Positions 41,087-51,704 of a stretch of 64,000 bases of DNA are shown in pieces. Under the pieces are notes generated by a model. That model saw only the letters and a list, made by a program, of their open reading frames with translations. It searched no databases and was not told the origin of the DNA. The DNA is from Bacteroidaceae bacterium. Lineage in GTDB: Bacteria; Bacteroidota; Bacteroidia; Bacteroidales; Barnesiellaceae_A. Location: the NCBI GenBank assembly GCA_017531985.1, contig JAFXJY010000036.1, positions 2,298-66,297 of the forward strand, read 5' to 3'. The translations under genes and the position numbers were made by a program. The first letter of the stretch is position 1; each line of letters opens with the position of its first letter.

Positions 41087-43267
41087 TTAGTTACCCATTT
41101 CGGAGAGGAATTTAATGCGAATGAGACGTATTTCTTCCTCGGTATAATCCATGCCAAACTCGTTGATGGCATCTTCAAGGCTATCGCTTTCGCATTCTTT
41201 GAAATATTCAAAAACCTCTTCTATATGGTCTTCTTCCATTATCTCGTGCAAGAAATAGTCGATACTGATTTTAGTACCCGAGTACACGATTGCCTCTATC
41301 TCATCGAGTAGCTCGTCAAAGTCAAGATCTTTGCTTTCGGCCAATTCATCGAGTGCTATTTTTCGGTCGATGGCTTGAATAATGTGAACTTTGAGTTTCG
41401 ACTTGTTGGCAATGGTGCGTACACGCAAGTCCTCAGGACGTTCTATTTCATTTTCATCAACGTGTATTTTGATTACTTTGACAAATTCTTCGCCGTATCG
41501 TTTAGCCTTGCCGGCACCTACTCCCGGAATGTTTTGTAATTCCTCGATGGTAATAGGATATGTAGTGGCCATAGCCTCCAACGATGGGTCTTGGAAGATA
41601 ACGTAAGGAGGTAATTCAAGTCGTTTGGCCATTTTCTTACGCAGGTCCTTCAATATCGAGAATAACTCGGGATCGACAGCACATGATGCACCACCCTTGA
41701 TGGGTACTTCTTCCTCTATTTCATCGAAGTCGGCATCTTTTACTATCTTGAAGGATTGAGGTTTGTCAAGAAATTTGTGTCCCGATGGTGTGACTTTCAG
41801 CAGTCCGTAATTTTCAATTTCTTTAATCAAATATCCTGATATAAGAGCTTGACGAATTACGGCATTCCACACTTTTTCATCTTCACTCTGTCCGCAACCA
41901 AATACTTCTAAATCATTGTGTCGGTAAGCTGTTATTTGGTTGGTTTTGACACCCATTATAACGTCTATAACATGTTCTGTTTTGAACTCTTCTTTGAGAG
42001 CAATGACCGTTTCAATAACGGCACATAATAAATCTTTTGCTTCCACTTGTTTTTTGGGATTTAAACAATTATCGCAGTTGCCACAATTTTCATCTTTGTA
42101 TTCTTCACCAAAGTAATGTAACAATAATCTGCGGCGACACATGGATGACTCGGCATAAGCCGCAGTTTCCATGAGTAGTTGTCGACCTATTTCTTGCTCG
42201 GCAATAGGTTTGCCTTGCATGAATTTTTCGAGTTTTTGTAAGTCTTTATTAATATAGTATGTAATACATTGTCCTTCTCCTCCATCTCTACCGGCACGTC
42301 CTGTCTCTTGGTAGTATCCTTCGAGGCTTTTGGGTATGTCGTAGTGTATGACATATCGTACATCGGGCTTATCTATGCCCATGCCGAATGCTATGGTTGC
42401 AACTATTACGTCTACTTTTTCCAGCAGGAATGCATCTTGATTTTCAGTGCGAGTTACCGAGTCCATACCTGCATGATAAGGCAATACTTTTATACCATTA
42501 ACACTTAGTAACTCGGCCAATTCTTCAACCTTCTTTCGGCTTAGACAATATATTATACCCGATTTGCCTTCTTGTTGCTTGATGTATTTGATAATATCTT
42601 TGTCTACATTAGAGGTCTTGGGACGTACCTCATAGTATAGATTGGGGCGATTGAATGATGACTTGAAGACTGTGGCATTAATCATGCCGAGGTTCTTCTG
42701 TATGTCGTGTTGTACTTTGGGAGTTGCAGTTGCGGTGAGTGCTATGAGCGGTCGAGTTCCTATCTCATTGATAATGGGACGAATGCGACGATATTCGGGG
42801 CGAAAATCGTGTCCCCATTCTGATATACAATGAGCTTCGTCAACTGCATAAAATGATATATTTACTTGTTTGAGAAACTCTATATTATCCTCTTTGGTTA
42901 AGGATTCGGGAGCTACATATAGTAACTTGGTTTTACCCGATAGTATATCACTCTTGACTTGATCTATGGCTACTTTGTTGAGTGACGAATTGATGAAATG
43001 GGCTACACCATCTTCTTCACTGTAATTACGCATGGCATCTACCTGATTTTTCATCAATGCTATCAGTGGCGATATTACCACTGCTGTGCCATCAAGCATA
43101 AGTGATGGCAACTGATAACATAAGGATTTTCCTCCGCCGGTGGGCATCAGTACAAAGGTGTCTTTCCCATCCAACAGATTGCGGATAATGGCTTCTTGAT
43201 TACCTTTGAATTTGTCAAACCCGAAGTGTAATTTCAGGGCTTCTATCAGTTTGTTTTTTGTTGCCAT
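41087..43267 (-). CDS. recQ: ATP-dependent DNA helicase RecQ
   Basis: MPTGGGKSLCYQ and DEAHCISEWGHDFR, zinc-binding Cys cluster, HRDC region. Confidence 0.95.
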   Translation of the reverse strand: MATKNKLIEALKLHFGFDKFKGNQEAIIRNLLDGKDTFVLMPTGGGKSLCYQLPSLMLDGTAVVISPLIALMKNQVDAMRNYSEEDGVAHFINSSLNKVAIDQVKSDILSGKTKLLYVAPESLTKEDNIEFLKQVNISFYAVDEAHCISEWGHDFRPEYRRIRPIINEIGTRPLIALTATATPKVQHDIQKNLGMINATVFKSSFNRPNLYYEVRPKTSNVDKDIIKYIKQQEGKSGIIYCLSRKKVEELAELLSVNGIKVLPYHAGMDSVTRTENQDAFLLEKVDVIVATIAFGMGIDKPDVRYVIHYDIPKSLEGYYQETGRAGRDGGEGQCITYYINKDLQKLEKFMQGKPIAEQEIGRQLLMETAAYAESSMCRRRLLLHYFGEEYKDENCGNCDNCLNPKKQVEAKDLLCAVIETVIALKEEFKTEHVIDVIMGVKTNQITAYRHNDLEVFGCGQSEDEKVWNAVIRQALISGYLIKEIENYGLLKVTPSGHKFLDKPQSFKIVKDADFDEIEEEVPIKGGASCAVDPELFSILKDLRKKMAKRLELPPYVIFQDPSLEAMATTYPITIEELQNIPGVGAGKAKRYGEEFVKVIKIHVDENEIERPEDLRVRTIANKSKLKVHIIQAIDRKIALDELAESKDLDFDELLDEIEAIVYSGTKISIDYFLHEIMEEDHIEEVFEYFKECESDSLEDAINEFGMDYTEEEIRLIRIKFLSEMGN

Positions 43268-43327
43268 AGTATATTATTTGTGATGATACCTGATTGTTAT
43301 AAATGAGAGTTGCTCTCTATATCAAAA

Positions 43328-43335
43328 CAAAATTA
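43328..43335 (-). promoter_or_regulatory. -7 box TAatTTTG for recQ
   Basis: The reverse complement of caaaatta, about 60 nt upstream of the ATG at 43267. Confidence 0.45.
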
Positions 43336-43377
43336 TAAATATCTTGCGAACTTTGCCAAATTTTTTGGTATATTTTT

Positions 43378-44637
43378 TCAAGAAATTTGCAGCCGATTTA
43401 TTCTTTCAGCTTTTTCTTCGGCATATTGGCGGGTAATATGCAGTTCTTTAACTCCCGAAGAGGGTATTTCATACATGGCATCAATCATGATGCTTTCTAC
43501 GATCGAACGCAGTCCGCGTGCTCCCAACTTATATTCTATTGCCTTGTCTACAACGTAGTCGAGCATGTCGTCATCAAATGTTAGCGTTACATTGTCCATA
43601 GCAAATAGCTTAATGTATTGCTTAATGATGGAGTTGCGTGGCTCGGTGAGGATGCGACGCAATGCATTACGATCGAGGGGCTCGAGGTATGTTAGTATGG
43701 GCAGACGTCCTATGATCTCGGGTATGAGACCGAATGAACGCAAATCTTGTGGTGCCACATATTGAAGGAGGTTGTCGCGATCGACTTGTTGTGCTGCTGC
43801 ATTATTATATCCCACTACATGGGTATTGAGACGTAGTGCAATCTTGCGTTCAATGCCTTCAAATGCTCCTCCGCATATGAATAATATATTTTTTGTATCT
43901 ATCGAGATAAGCTTTTGTTCGGGATGTTTGCGGCCTCCTTGTGGTGGAACATTTACTACCGAGCCTTCGAGTAGTTTGAGTAGTCCTTGTTGCACTCCCT
44001 CGCCACTTACATCGCGTGTAATTGAGGGGTTGTCTCCTTTGCGGGCTATCTTGTCTATTTCATCAATGAATACGATACCTCGCTGTGCTGCTTCCACATC
44101 GTAGTCGGTAGCTTGAAGAAGTCGTACCAAGAGGCTTTCTACATCTTCTCCCACATATCCGGCTTCGGTAAGTACTGTGGCATCGACAATAGCAAAGGGT
44201 ACTTTCAGCATCTTGGCGATGGTGCGTGCCAAGAGTGTTTTGCCAGTTCCGGTGCGACCAACGAGTATGATATTGGATTTTTCTATTTCTACATGTTCGT
44301 CGACTTGTGATGTTGTGGGTTGTAACAATCTTTTGTAGTGATTGTACACTGCTACCGACAGGTAACGCTTGGCATCGTCTTGTCCTATGACATATTGGTC
44401 GAGAAACTCTTTTATCTCGGATGGACGGGGCAAAGATTCTAAATCAATATCCCATTTGCTCGACTTCTTTGTTTTTTTGCCTGATTCTGTTATAAGTCCG
44501 GCATCTTTACACAATGTGTAGGCTTGTTCTATACAGTCGGAACATACTGCTCCGCTGCGTCCTGTTAATAGTGGTCGTGTGGGAGACTCTCCTCTCCCAC
44601 ACAGACAACACTTTTCGTTATCTTCCTTTTTGGCCAT
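43378..44637 (-). CDS. clpX: ATP-dependent Clp protease ATP-binding subunit ClpX
   Basis: N-terminal zinc finger CCLCG...CSDC and Walker A GRTGTGKT. Confidence 0.95.
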   Translation of the reverse strand: MAKKEDNEKCCLCGRGESPTRPLLTGRSGAVCSDCIEQAYTLCKDAGLITESGKKTKKSSKWDIDLESLPRPSEIKEFLDQYVIGQDDAKRYLSVAVYNHYKRLLQPTTSQVDEHVEIEKSNIILVGRTGTGKTLLARTIAKMLKVPFAIVDATVLTEAGYVGEDVESLLVRLLQATDYDVEAAQRGIVFIDEIDKIARKGDNPSITRDVSGEGVQQGLLKLLEGSVVNVPPQGGRKHPEQKLISIDTKNILFICGGAFEGIERKIALRLNTHVVGYNNAAAQQVDRDNLLQYVAPQDLRSFGLIPEIIGRLPILTYLEPLDRNALRRILTEPRNSIIKQYIKLFAMDNVTLTFDDDMLDYVVDKAIEYKLGARGLRSIVESIMIDAMYEIPSSGVKELHITRQYAEEKAERINRLQIS

Positions 44638-44640
44638 AAA

Positions 44641-45336
44641 TTATTTTTTGTCGCGAATGAGTACTTTATCAATCATGCCGTATTGGCAGGCTTCCTGTGC
44701 TGTCATCCAATAATCGCGATCCGAGTCGTTCCACACTTTTTCGTAGTCGTTACCCGAATGCTCGGCAATGATGGTGTACAATTCTTTTTTGAGTTTCTGT
44801 ATTTCACGAGCTGTAATCTCTATATCTGAGGCTTGTCCCTGAGCACCGCCCATAGGTTGGTGTATCATGACGCGTGAATGTTGCAAAGCAAAGCGTTTGT
44901 CTTTTTCGCCTGCCACCAACAATACTGCTGCCATAGAGGCTGCCATGCCGGTGCATATGGTCGATATGTCGCTGCCTATGTATTGCATTGTATCGTATAT
45001 TCCCAATCCGGCATATACCGAGCCTCCGGGACTGTTTATATAGATGGAAATGTCTTTTCCGGGGTCGGAATTGTCTAAGTAGAGCAATTGAGCTTGTATA
45101 ACGTTGGCTGTATAATCGTCAATCTGTGTTCCTAAGAAGATGATACGATCCATCATCAAGCGTGAGAATACATCCATTTGTGTCACGTTGAGTTGACGTT
45201 CTTCCATGATTGTAGGCGATACTGATACATAACTGTTGCCTACATATTGTGAATATTGGTCTATTGCAAGACCATTCATCCCCATGTGTTTAACTGCAAA
45301 ATTTCTGAAATCGTTATTCATAATTACTCCTTTCAT
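44641..45336 (-). CDS. clpP: ATP-dependent Clp protease proteolytic subunit
   Basis: GMAASMAA (Ser) and MIHQP (His). The start could be the ATG at 45336 or the ATG 15 nt downstream. Confidence 0.9.
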   Translation of the reverse strand: MKGVIMNNDFRNFAVKHMGMNGLAIDQYSQYVGNSYVSVSPTIMEERQLNVTQMDVFSRLMMDRIIFLGTQIDDYTANVIQAQLLYLDNSDPGKDISIYINSPGGSVYAGLGIYDTMQYIGSDISTICTGMAASMAAVLLVAGEKDKRFALQHSRVMIHQPMGGAQGQASDIEITAREIQKLKKELYTIIAEHSGNDYEKVWNDSDRDYWMTAQEACQYGMIDKVLIRDKK

Positions 45337-45571
45337 TTATTTATCTTATTGGACGATAGTAATGGTTTTATATGATGCTTCGTTTTATTATTACTTAGTT
45401 TCATATGCACACACTATCTCCTACAAAGATAATGATTAATTGGTTATTGTACTATAAATTCATCTCTCAAATTCTTTTTTTACTCTTTTTTTAGTATAAT
45501 CAACATTGCAATTATACTTTCTTTGTTATGATTGTGTGACTATCATGCGACTATATGGACATGCCTGCCCA

Positions 45572-45608
45572 TAAAAACCGAGTCCGATATGATTTCATAC
45601 CGGACTCG
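45572..45608 (-). terminator. Terminator of tig
   Basis: Stem cgagtccg/cggactcg followed by a U-run on the minus strand. Confidence 0.7.
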
Positions 45609-45635
45609 CTATTATATTATATAATGTGTAATCTC

Positions 45636-46982
45636 TTATTCTTGGAAAAGCTTACCAAAGTCTTCGGTGCTGATTTCCTTTTCTTCGAGTGTTACGGCAT
45701 TTTTAATAGCTTCTTGTATCTTGGTCTCGGTAGCACGATCTATCAGTTGAGCTCGTGACTCTTTGCTTTTGAGCATCTCTTGTGAGTAGTTCTCAACGAT
45801 GTCATCGGGAAGGTTGCTCATTCCGTATTGTGCAAATTGTTGACGAGTTACGCTCATTGCCAATGCTTTGAGATCTTCATCAACAACTTTTATTTCCATT
45901 GTCTTGGCAATAAATTCCTTGATGAGATGCCATTTGAGGTCGGCTTCCATCTTGCTGTATTCCTCCGAGATGTTCTCTTCGGTATATTTTTCGTTAGTGG
46001 CAACCAACCAGCGTTTGAGAAATTCGGCGGGTAACTCCAATTCGCCCACTTGTGCCTCGATGGCTTTGCGTGCATCTATACCGAAGCGATATTCACTTTC
46101 GGGGATTAATTGCATTGCTATCATTTCACGAACCTTGGCTGTGTACTCTTCTTCGTTCTTTACAGCATCTTTACCGAAGATGCCATCGAAGAACTCTTGG
46201 TCGTGTTCGGCGGGTTGCAAGTGAGTAATTTCGGTTATAGTCATTTCGAAGTCGTTTTTCACTTCGGCAGCAGCATCGCGATCAATGTTGAGCATTGAAG
46301 CCAATTCGCCCATCGAATCGCCACATGCGGCAGCCGGATTGAATATAACCTTGTCACCTACCTTGGCAGCAGTAAATTTTTCTTTCTCGTCCTTGATGTA
46401 TGCAGGCGAGAGTATTGTGCTTTCCACTACAATACCACCTTCCTTGGCTACACCATTTTCAAGTTCTACCATCGAACCTTTGATAAGGTCACGCTCTTCA
46501 CTTACAGCGTCGATAGTGATTTGCTTGCCTTGACGTTGACGGAACATCTCATCTTGCTTGCCAACCATCTCGTCGGTTACAGCTATTTTGTAGTAAGGTA
46601 CTGTGATATTCTTGTCAAGTGTGACATTTATCTCAGGTGCAAGAGCGATGTCGAATTTAAATGTGAAGTTTTCGTCAGCTTCTATATCGATAGTTTGATC
46701 TTCGGCGGTCATAGGTTCGCCCAAGATATTAAGTTTGTTATCGGTAATATAGTTGTAGAGTGCCTCCGATACTAAGCGGTTTACTTCATCGGCTTTAACA
46801 GCTTTTCCATACATCTTTACCAACATACCATAAGGTACATGTCCACGACGGAAACCGGGGATGTTGGCTTTATCACCATAAGCACGGAGCGATTTTTTTA
46901 CTTTGTCAGCATAGTCGGCTTTTTCTATTTCGATAGTGACTATTGCATTTAATTGGTCAATGTTGTTGTGTGAAACGTTCAT
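45636..46982 (-). CDS. tig: Trigger factor
   Basis: 448 aa with GFRRGHVP in the ribosome-binding N-domain. Lies upstream of clpPX. Confidence 0.9.
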   Translation of the reverse strand: MNVSHNNIDQLNAIVTIEIEKADYADKVKKSLRAYGDKANIPGFRRGHVPYGMLVKMYGKAVKADEVNRLVSEALYNYITDNKLNILGEPMTAEDQTIDIEADENFTFKFDIALAPEINVTLDKNITVPYYKIAVTDEMVGKQDEMFRQRQGKQITIDAVSEERDLIKGSMVELENGVAKEGGIVVESTILSPAYIKDEKEKFTAAKVGDKVIFNPAAACGDSMGELASMLNIDRDAAAEVKNDFEMTITEITHLQPAEHDQEFFDGIFGKDAVKNEEEYTAKVREMIAMQLIPESEYRFGIDARKAIEAQVGELELPAEFLKRWLVATNEKYTEENISEEYSKMEADLKWHLIKEFIAKTMEIKVVDEDLKALAMSVTRQQFAQYGMSNLPDDIVENYSQEMLKSKESRAQLIDRATETKIQEAIKNAVTLEEKEISTEDFGKLFQE

Positions 46983-47062
46983 TTCAAACTGATATTTTTA
47001 AGTTAATATTTTCTTTTCGCTACTCAAATCCGCATTTTGAAAGAGGACTCGGTAAGAGAGTG

Positions 47063-47070
47063 CAAAATTA
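47063..47070 (-). promoter_or_regulatory. -7 box TAatTTTG for tig
   Basis: The reverse complement of caaaatta, about 80 nt upstream of the ATG at 46982. Confidence 0.45.
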
Positions 47071-47370
47071 GTGCTTATCTTTCTATATTCAAACAATTAT
47101 TACATTTTTTTTTACAACAAATGTAAAAGCAACCTTGATTGAGATATTTGTGAATGACTGATTTTGTTATTTTATATGTCGAGCGGTTCAATTACCTATG
47201 GAAACTTATATGAGTCGTTTTAGTGTCGATATATCATCTACTATGGATGTCTTGATTCTTAATGTTGTGATGGTGTGATTTTGTATGTGATTGATTTCTA
47301 TTGATATATGTTGCATGAATGGTATATCCATACTTTGTACGGTTACCGGAAACAATGTTTTATAGTCAGC

Positions 47371-47850
47371 TTATAGGTCGGAGGTTTTCTTGTATCTGAT
47401 GTCACTCATTAGATTTTCAAAAAACTCGTCCAACTCTTTATCCATTTTCTCCCAGAACTCGTCGCCTATCACAATGTTGTCCTTATCGATGGTGAGAATT
47501 TCGGATAACACTTCCATGTTGTTATCGACATAGAGCAGTGAGAATGGTCCGTTGTAATCGATTTCGTTAAATAAGTCGATCAAGTCGGTACCAAATACAA
47601 CATCGGTAAGCAGTTCGGTCATGTTAGTGTTATTGTCGAGCATGCCTTTTTGCCAATCCTCCACACTCGCAAGTGCCGATTTTAATATCTCGCTATCATT
47701 GTCATCATAGATAACGATATATAAATTGTCACTTTCTTCAATAATCTGTACATACATGTCGCTCAACATCATGTTGAGAGTCTGAACCTTCATTAATGCT
47801 GTAACAAAAACATCATGAAGCGATTGTTTCAATATCTCTTGTGCTGCCAT
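47371..47850 (-). CDS. Hypothetical small acidic protein
   Basis: 159 aa starting at the ATG at 47850 (MAAQEILKQ), which lies 20 nt downstream of a TAtcTTTG box at 47870-47877. The longer ORF-track start lies upstream of that box. Confidence 0.5.
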   Translation of the reverse strand: MAAQEILKQSLHDVFVTALMKVQTLNMMLSDMYVQIIEESDNLYIVIYDDNDSEILKSALASVEDWQKGMLDNNTNMTELLTDVVFGTDLIDLFNEIDYNGPFSLLYVDNNMEVLSEILTIDKDNIVIGDEFWEKMDKELDEFFENLMSDIRYKKTSDL

Positions 47851-48003
47851 AGGTTTCTTAATTTGTTCCCAAAGATACACATTTTTTGCCGAATAGCACA
47901 AATATCGTGTATTCATTTTTAAGATTAATATTTTTAAGTTATCTTCGCACACAAATTTATGTAGATGAATGTGTCATATACTTCGTCTTTATATTGAAAA
48001 ATT

Positions 48004-49074
48004 ATGATGACCGATTTAGCCTCTATCACACTGCCCGGTATCGATAATACATCGCCATTGATGATTGCAGGACCTTGCAGTGCCGAAAGCGAACAACAGA
48101 TTATAACCACCGCACAAGCTCTTGCTGCTGTGGGCATTCGTGTATTTCGTGCCGGTGTGTGGAAGCCTCGCACCAAGCCGGGAGGATTTGAAGGTGTAGG
48201 TTCGGTGGGACTATCGTGGCTGCAACGTGTACGACGTGAAATGGGTATGTACACTGCTACCGAAGTGGCTACTCCGCAACACATCGAGGAGGCTCTCAAT
48301 GCCGGTATTGACCTTTTATGGATAGGTGCAAGAACATCGGCGAGTCCTTTTGCCATGCAGCTGATTGCCGATGCTTTGCGAGGTGTTGATATTCCTATAT
48401 TGGTTAAAAATCCGGTTAACCCCGACCTTGAACTGTGGATAGGTGCAATAGAGCGTCTTTACAATGCCGGACTGCGTCGTATTGGTGCCATACATCGCGG
48501 ATTTAGTTCATACGAGACACATATCTATCGCAATGAGCCACAATGGTATATACCCATCGAGTTGCGTCGACGCATTCCTACGTTGCCTATCATTGGCGAT
48601 CCCAGTCACATAGGCGGTAGACGTGAACTGATTGCTCCGTTGGCACAGGAGGCAATGGATATGGGTTTTAACGGACTTATTATCGAGTCGCATATAGCTC
48701 CTGATACGGCTCTAAGTGATGCTATGCAACAAATTACACCTGCTATGTTGCAAGAGATTTTATCGCAGTTGGTAATACGCAATGAAGTAGTCAATACCGA
48801 GTTACTCAATGATTTGCGTCGACGCATCGATAGCCTTGATAATGAACTTATTGACCTGTTAGCCCGACGCATGCACATCTCTCGTGAAATAGGTCTTTAC
48901 AAGCGTGAGTATAACATGCCCATTTTGCAGACGCATCGTTACGACGAGATTTTAAGCAAGCGTGTGGCTCAAGCGGTCGACCTTCATATGAGTCCCTCCT
49001 TCATGAAGTCTATCTTGCAAGCTATTCATGAGGAGTCGGTGCGACAACAAGTTGAAATTCTAAATAAAAAATAA
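48004..49074 (+). CDS. Bifunctional DAHP synthase (type I-beta) / chorismate mutase
   Basis: KDOPS/DAHPS-like N-terminal barrel (FRAGVWKPRT) and a C-terminal AroQ chorismate mutase helix (LRRRIDSLDNELIDLLARRMHISREIG). Confidence 0.85.
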   Translation: MMTDLASITLPGIDNTSPLMIAGPCSAESEQQIITTAQALAAVGIRVFRAGVWKPRTKPGGFEGVGSVGLSWLQRVRREMGMYTATEVATPQHIEEALNAGIDLLWIGARTSASPFAMQLIADALRGVDIPILVKNPVNPDLELWIGAIERLYNAGLRRIGAIHRGFSSYETHIYRNEPQWYIPIELRRRIPTLPIIGDPSHIGGRRELIAPLAQEAMDMGFNGLIIESHIAPDTALSDAMQQITPAMLQEILSQLVIRNEVVNTELLNDLRRRIDSLDNELIDLLARRMHISREIGLYKREYNMPILQTHRYDEILSKRVAQAVDLHMSPSFMKSILQAIHEESVRQQVEILNKK

Positions 49075-49128
49075 AGGAACATCAAGTCAAGATGCTCCTT
49101 TATTCCATTCCCATTAGAATACTTTCTA

Positions 49129-51156
49129 TTACTTTCTTACAATTTTCTCGACGGCATTGAGTATAGGTGTTGTACTGAGGTCGCTACCTACTGCTTCTTT
49201 CATCCACTGATTGGGTGTAAGGCGTCCTAACTGATATATACGCATGATTTCACTGGCAAACTCTTGGGGTGATGTGAGTTGTGCAAAATGTTCTTCCAAC
49301 TGAAATTCTACGATATGTCCCAATGGATAATTGGGAAGATACATAGGTGAATTAATCATATGTGAATAACATGCCAATATGGGAGAGTCTTTTTCGCCCA
49401 ATACGGGATAATAATAGTTATTCCACACATCTCGTGCTATATCAAGTGTAACATTGCGAAGCTCCTCGGCTGTTGCATCAGGGTGTGCATAGAGCCATTG
49501 CCACATACGCATATCTACTAATGATACTCCCATGATTTCGTACAACCCCCAGAAGATGTCGAGTGTTGTGTTGTCGTCTATTATGGTATTATATCCCAGT
49601 AGTTGTAAGTCGCGTTTCTGAAAGACGAATGCCAATGCTTCTGTAAATCCTGTGTTGGGCACTCCTCTCATTGTGTAATAGTCGATATTGTATAGGTCGA
49701 TAGTCTGTTCTACATTGTGTCCAAACTCGTGAACAGCAATGTTATATCCTTTGTAATCCATGCCCTCTCGACCTATACGAGTGCGAAGGAGAGAATTCTC
49801 CCAACGACCTACGGCTCCCCATGCATGTCCCGAGCCTCTGGCTCCTTGTACTGTGATTTTATCGGCTATGTAAATAGCTGTTTCTTCATCGAATCCCAAC
49901 TTTTGCAGCATTCGTGGCATGTCTTGCTCAAATGCCTCGGGTGTAGGATATTTATCACGAGTGAGTGCCGTAAGTTCATCTTCCGAGATGCTGCTACGGC
50001 TCTTGAAACCATCGTACCATATATCGTAAGGACGCAATTTGCGACCCAATCGTTTCTTGATGAGCTTGGCTACATCTTTTACTTGCTGTGATGATATAAC
50101 ATTGATAAACAAATCCTCTATTTCCTGTGGTGACATTTCCATGGCTCCGTCGAAATTGCGTATGATTCCTGTGGGCGACATAGTTTCATATTGGTCGGCT
50201 TTCTTCATAGCCTCATAGTGCGATAGTATAATCTCATATCGGCGTGTTCCTTCGTCTTGCAATACTATGGGGGTGCCTGCTGTCCACGTTTTATTACTAT
50301 AAGGTGCCCAGTCGTAGTTGGCGTTATTTATGACTTCTTGTGGTATACTGCCATCTATGATGCGTTGCATGACGCGATATATCATCTCTTGCTTTTCATG
50401 TGCATTGGGTTGTGGTGCATAGTTCGATTTTATTTCATCACGCAAGTTCCAGTGCGACAATAGCACCATATCTTCGGGAAATAGACGCTCGCCCTTTTCA
50501 GTTAGCAGATGTCCCATCATGATGTTGTACGAAGCGATATAGTTCTCGCCATTGGCCGCAGCTGTTCCAATAGCCTGATTGACTTCGGCAGGAACACGGG
50601 AGGTAAACATATCTCCCATGCGTGCATAAGCCCATTGTTCGCGGCTCCACTGCATGCCTAATGTGTTTTTCTCTGATAACGTGTAATGAGGAAAGTTGAG
50701 AATCGTGATAAATGCAACTTTGTTTTTATATAAATCATCCCATAGATGCGAATAGGGGTTAAACGCACTCATTATATAGTCAATCGCAGTCGGTTCGTCT
50801 CCTACCAGCATAGTGGGGATATTGAGTTCGACTGATACTTGGTTGGATGTGCCTAATAGTACCTCATATATTTTGCACAATTTATCAAACAAAACTTGGC
50901 GTTCCTGATTGGTGGTGGCATAATGGTTAACAACAAACTCGGCAAACTCTTGTGCTGTGCCATCTTCACTGTGCCACAGAGAAGCTGCTTGGTTGACTCC
51001 ACGTTGCAATGATTCGACATCGCATGTGGGATGCATGGTGGTTATCTCTGCGATGACGTTCTCGATGGTATGAGAATCGATACTTTGGGCTAATGCATTG
51101 CCCATACTCATTAGTGACATCATGATGATTGTTACGATACGAAATAGTGATTTCAT
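49129..51156 (-). CDS. Secreted zinc metallopeptidase, gluzincin-type (M3-like), uncharacterised
   Basis: Signal peptide ending NALAQS. HEFGH motif with the downstream Glu in GFTEALAF. Confidence 0.55.
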   Translation of the reverse strand: MKSLFRIVTIIMMSLMSMGNALAQSIDSHTIENVIAEITTMHPTCDVESLQRGVNQAASLWHSEDGTAQEFAEFVVNHYATTNQERQVLFDKLCKIYEVLLGTSNQVSVELNIPTMLVGDEPTAIDYIMSAFNPYSHLWDDLYKNKVAFITILNFPHYTLSEKNTLGMQWSREQWAYARMGDMFTSRVPAEVNQAIGTAAANGENYIASYNIMMGHLLTEKGERLFPEDMVLLSHWNLRDEIKSNYAPQPNAHEKQEMIYRVMQRIIDGSIPQEVINNANYDWAPYSNKTWTAGTPIVLQDEGTRRYEIILSHYEAMKKADQYETMSPTGIIRNFDGAMEMSPQEIEDLFINVISSQQVKDVAKLIKKRLGRKLRPYDIWYDGFKSRSSISEDELTALTRDKYPTPEAFEQDMPRMLQKLGFDEETAIYIADKITVQGARGSGHAWGAVGRWENSLLRTRIGREGMDYKGYNIAVHEFGHNVEQTIDLYNIDYYTMRGVPNTGFTEALAFVFQKRDLQLLGYNTIIDDNTTLDIFWGLYEIMGVSLVDMRMWQWLYAHPDATAEELRNVTLDIARDVWNNYYYPVLGEKDSPILACYSHMINSPMYLPNYPLGHIVEFQLEEHFAQLTSPQEFASEIMRIYQLGRLTPNQWMKEAVGSDLSTTPILNAVEKIVRK

Positions 51157-51364
51157 GATTAGTGATTTATTGGTTAGATTTTATTGTGGGGATGTTATAT
51201 TCATTAGTAAAAAGTTATACATTATCGAGATATTCTATTTCGGTTGCTTGGGTGTTATTGAGGCATCTTCCCAGTTTTTCCTCGGTTGCAATACGGGTAT
51301 TGCTTCATCGTAAGAAATCAAAAAAACTTTCTTAAATAAGCACCCCAATCAACTTGATCTGACT

Positions 51365-51673
51365 TTATAGAATATCCCTTATTTCAAAATCGCAAACAAT
51401 GCGTGAACTGCGTATCTTCTTGCAGTAAGTCGATATTTCGACGTGTGCAGGATGTTTTTTATAACGTTCAAGATCGGCAAGCGATGCGAAGGTTGATATT
51501 AGGCAAGCATCGTAGTTTCCATCTACGATATTGATGCCCACTTCGCACGATAATAACTCGGGTACAACGCCCATTAGAGCTTCGAGATGCTCCTTCATCC
51601 ACAAGGCATTCTCGTGAGCGGTGTGACCCTCGGCTTGTGGTAAGAGTTGCCACATGACTACATGTTTTATCAT
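51365..51673 (-). CDS. Dabb (stress-responsive alpha/beta barrel) family protein
   Basis: 102 aa, MIKHVVMWQL start, dimeric alpha-beta-barrel pattern. Confidence 0.65.
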   Translation of the reverse strand: MIKHVVMWQLLPQAEGHTAHENALWMKEHLEALMGVVPELLSCEVGINIVDGNYDACLISTFASLADLERYKKHPAHVEISTYCKKIRSSRIVCDFEIRDIL

Positions 51674-51704
51674 ACTACTTTTGTTTTATGTGGTTATGTA
51701 TATT

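Noticed and set aside
47934-48356. 140-aa minus-strand ORF overlapping the start of the DAHP synthase gene
   Set aside because: It is antisense to a confidently recognised gene and has a Pro/Ser/Ala/Arg-rich composition typical of antisense frames. No promoter box.
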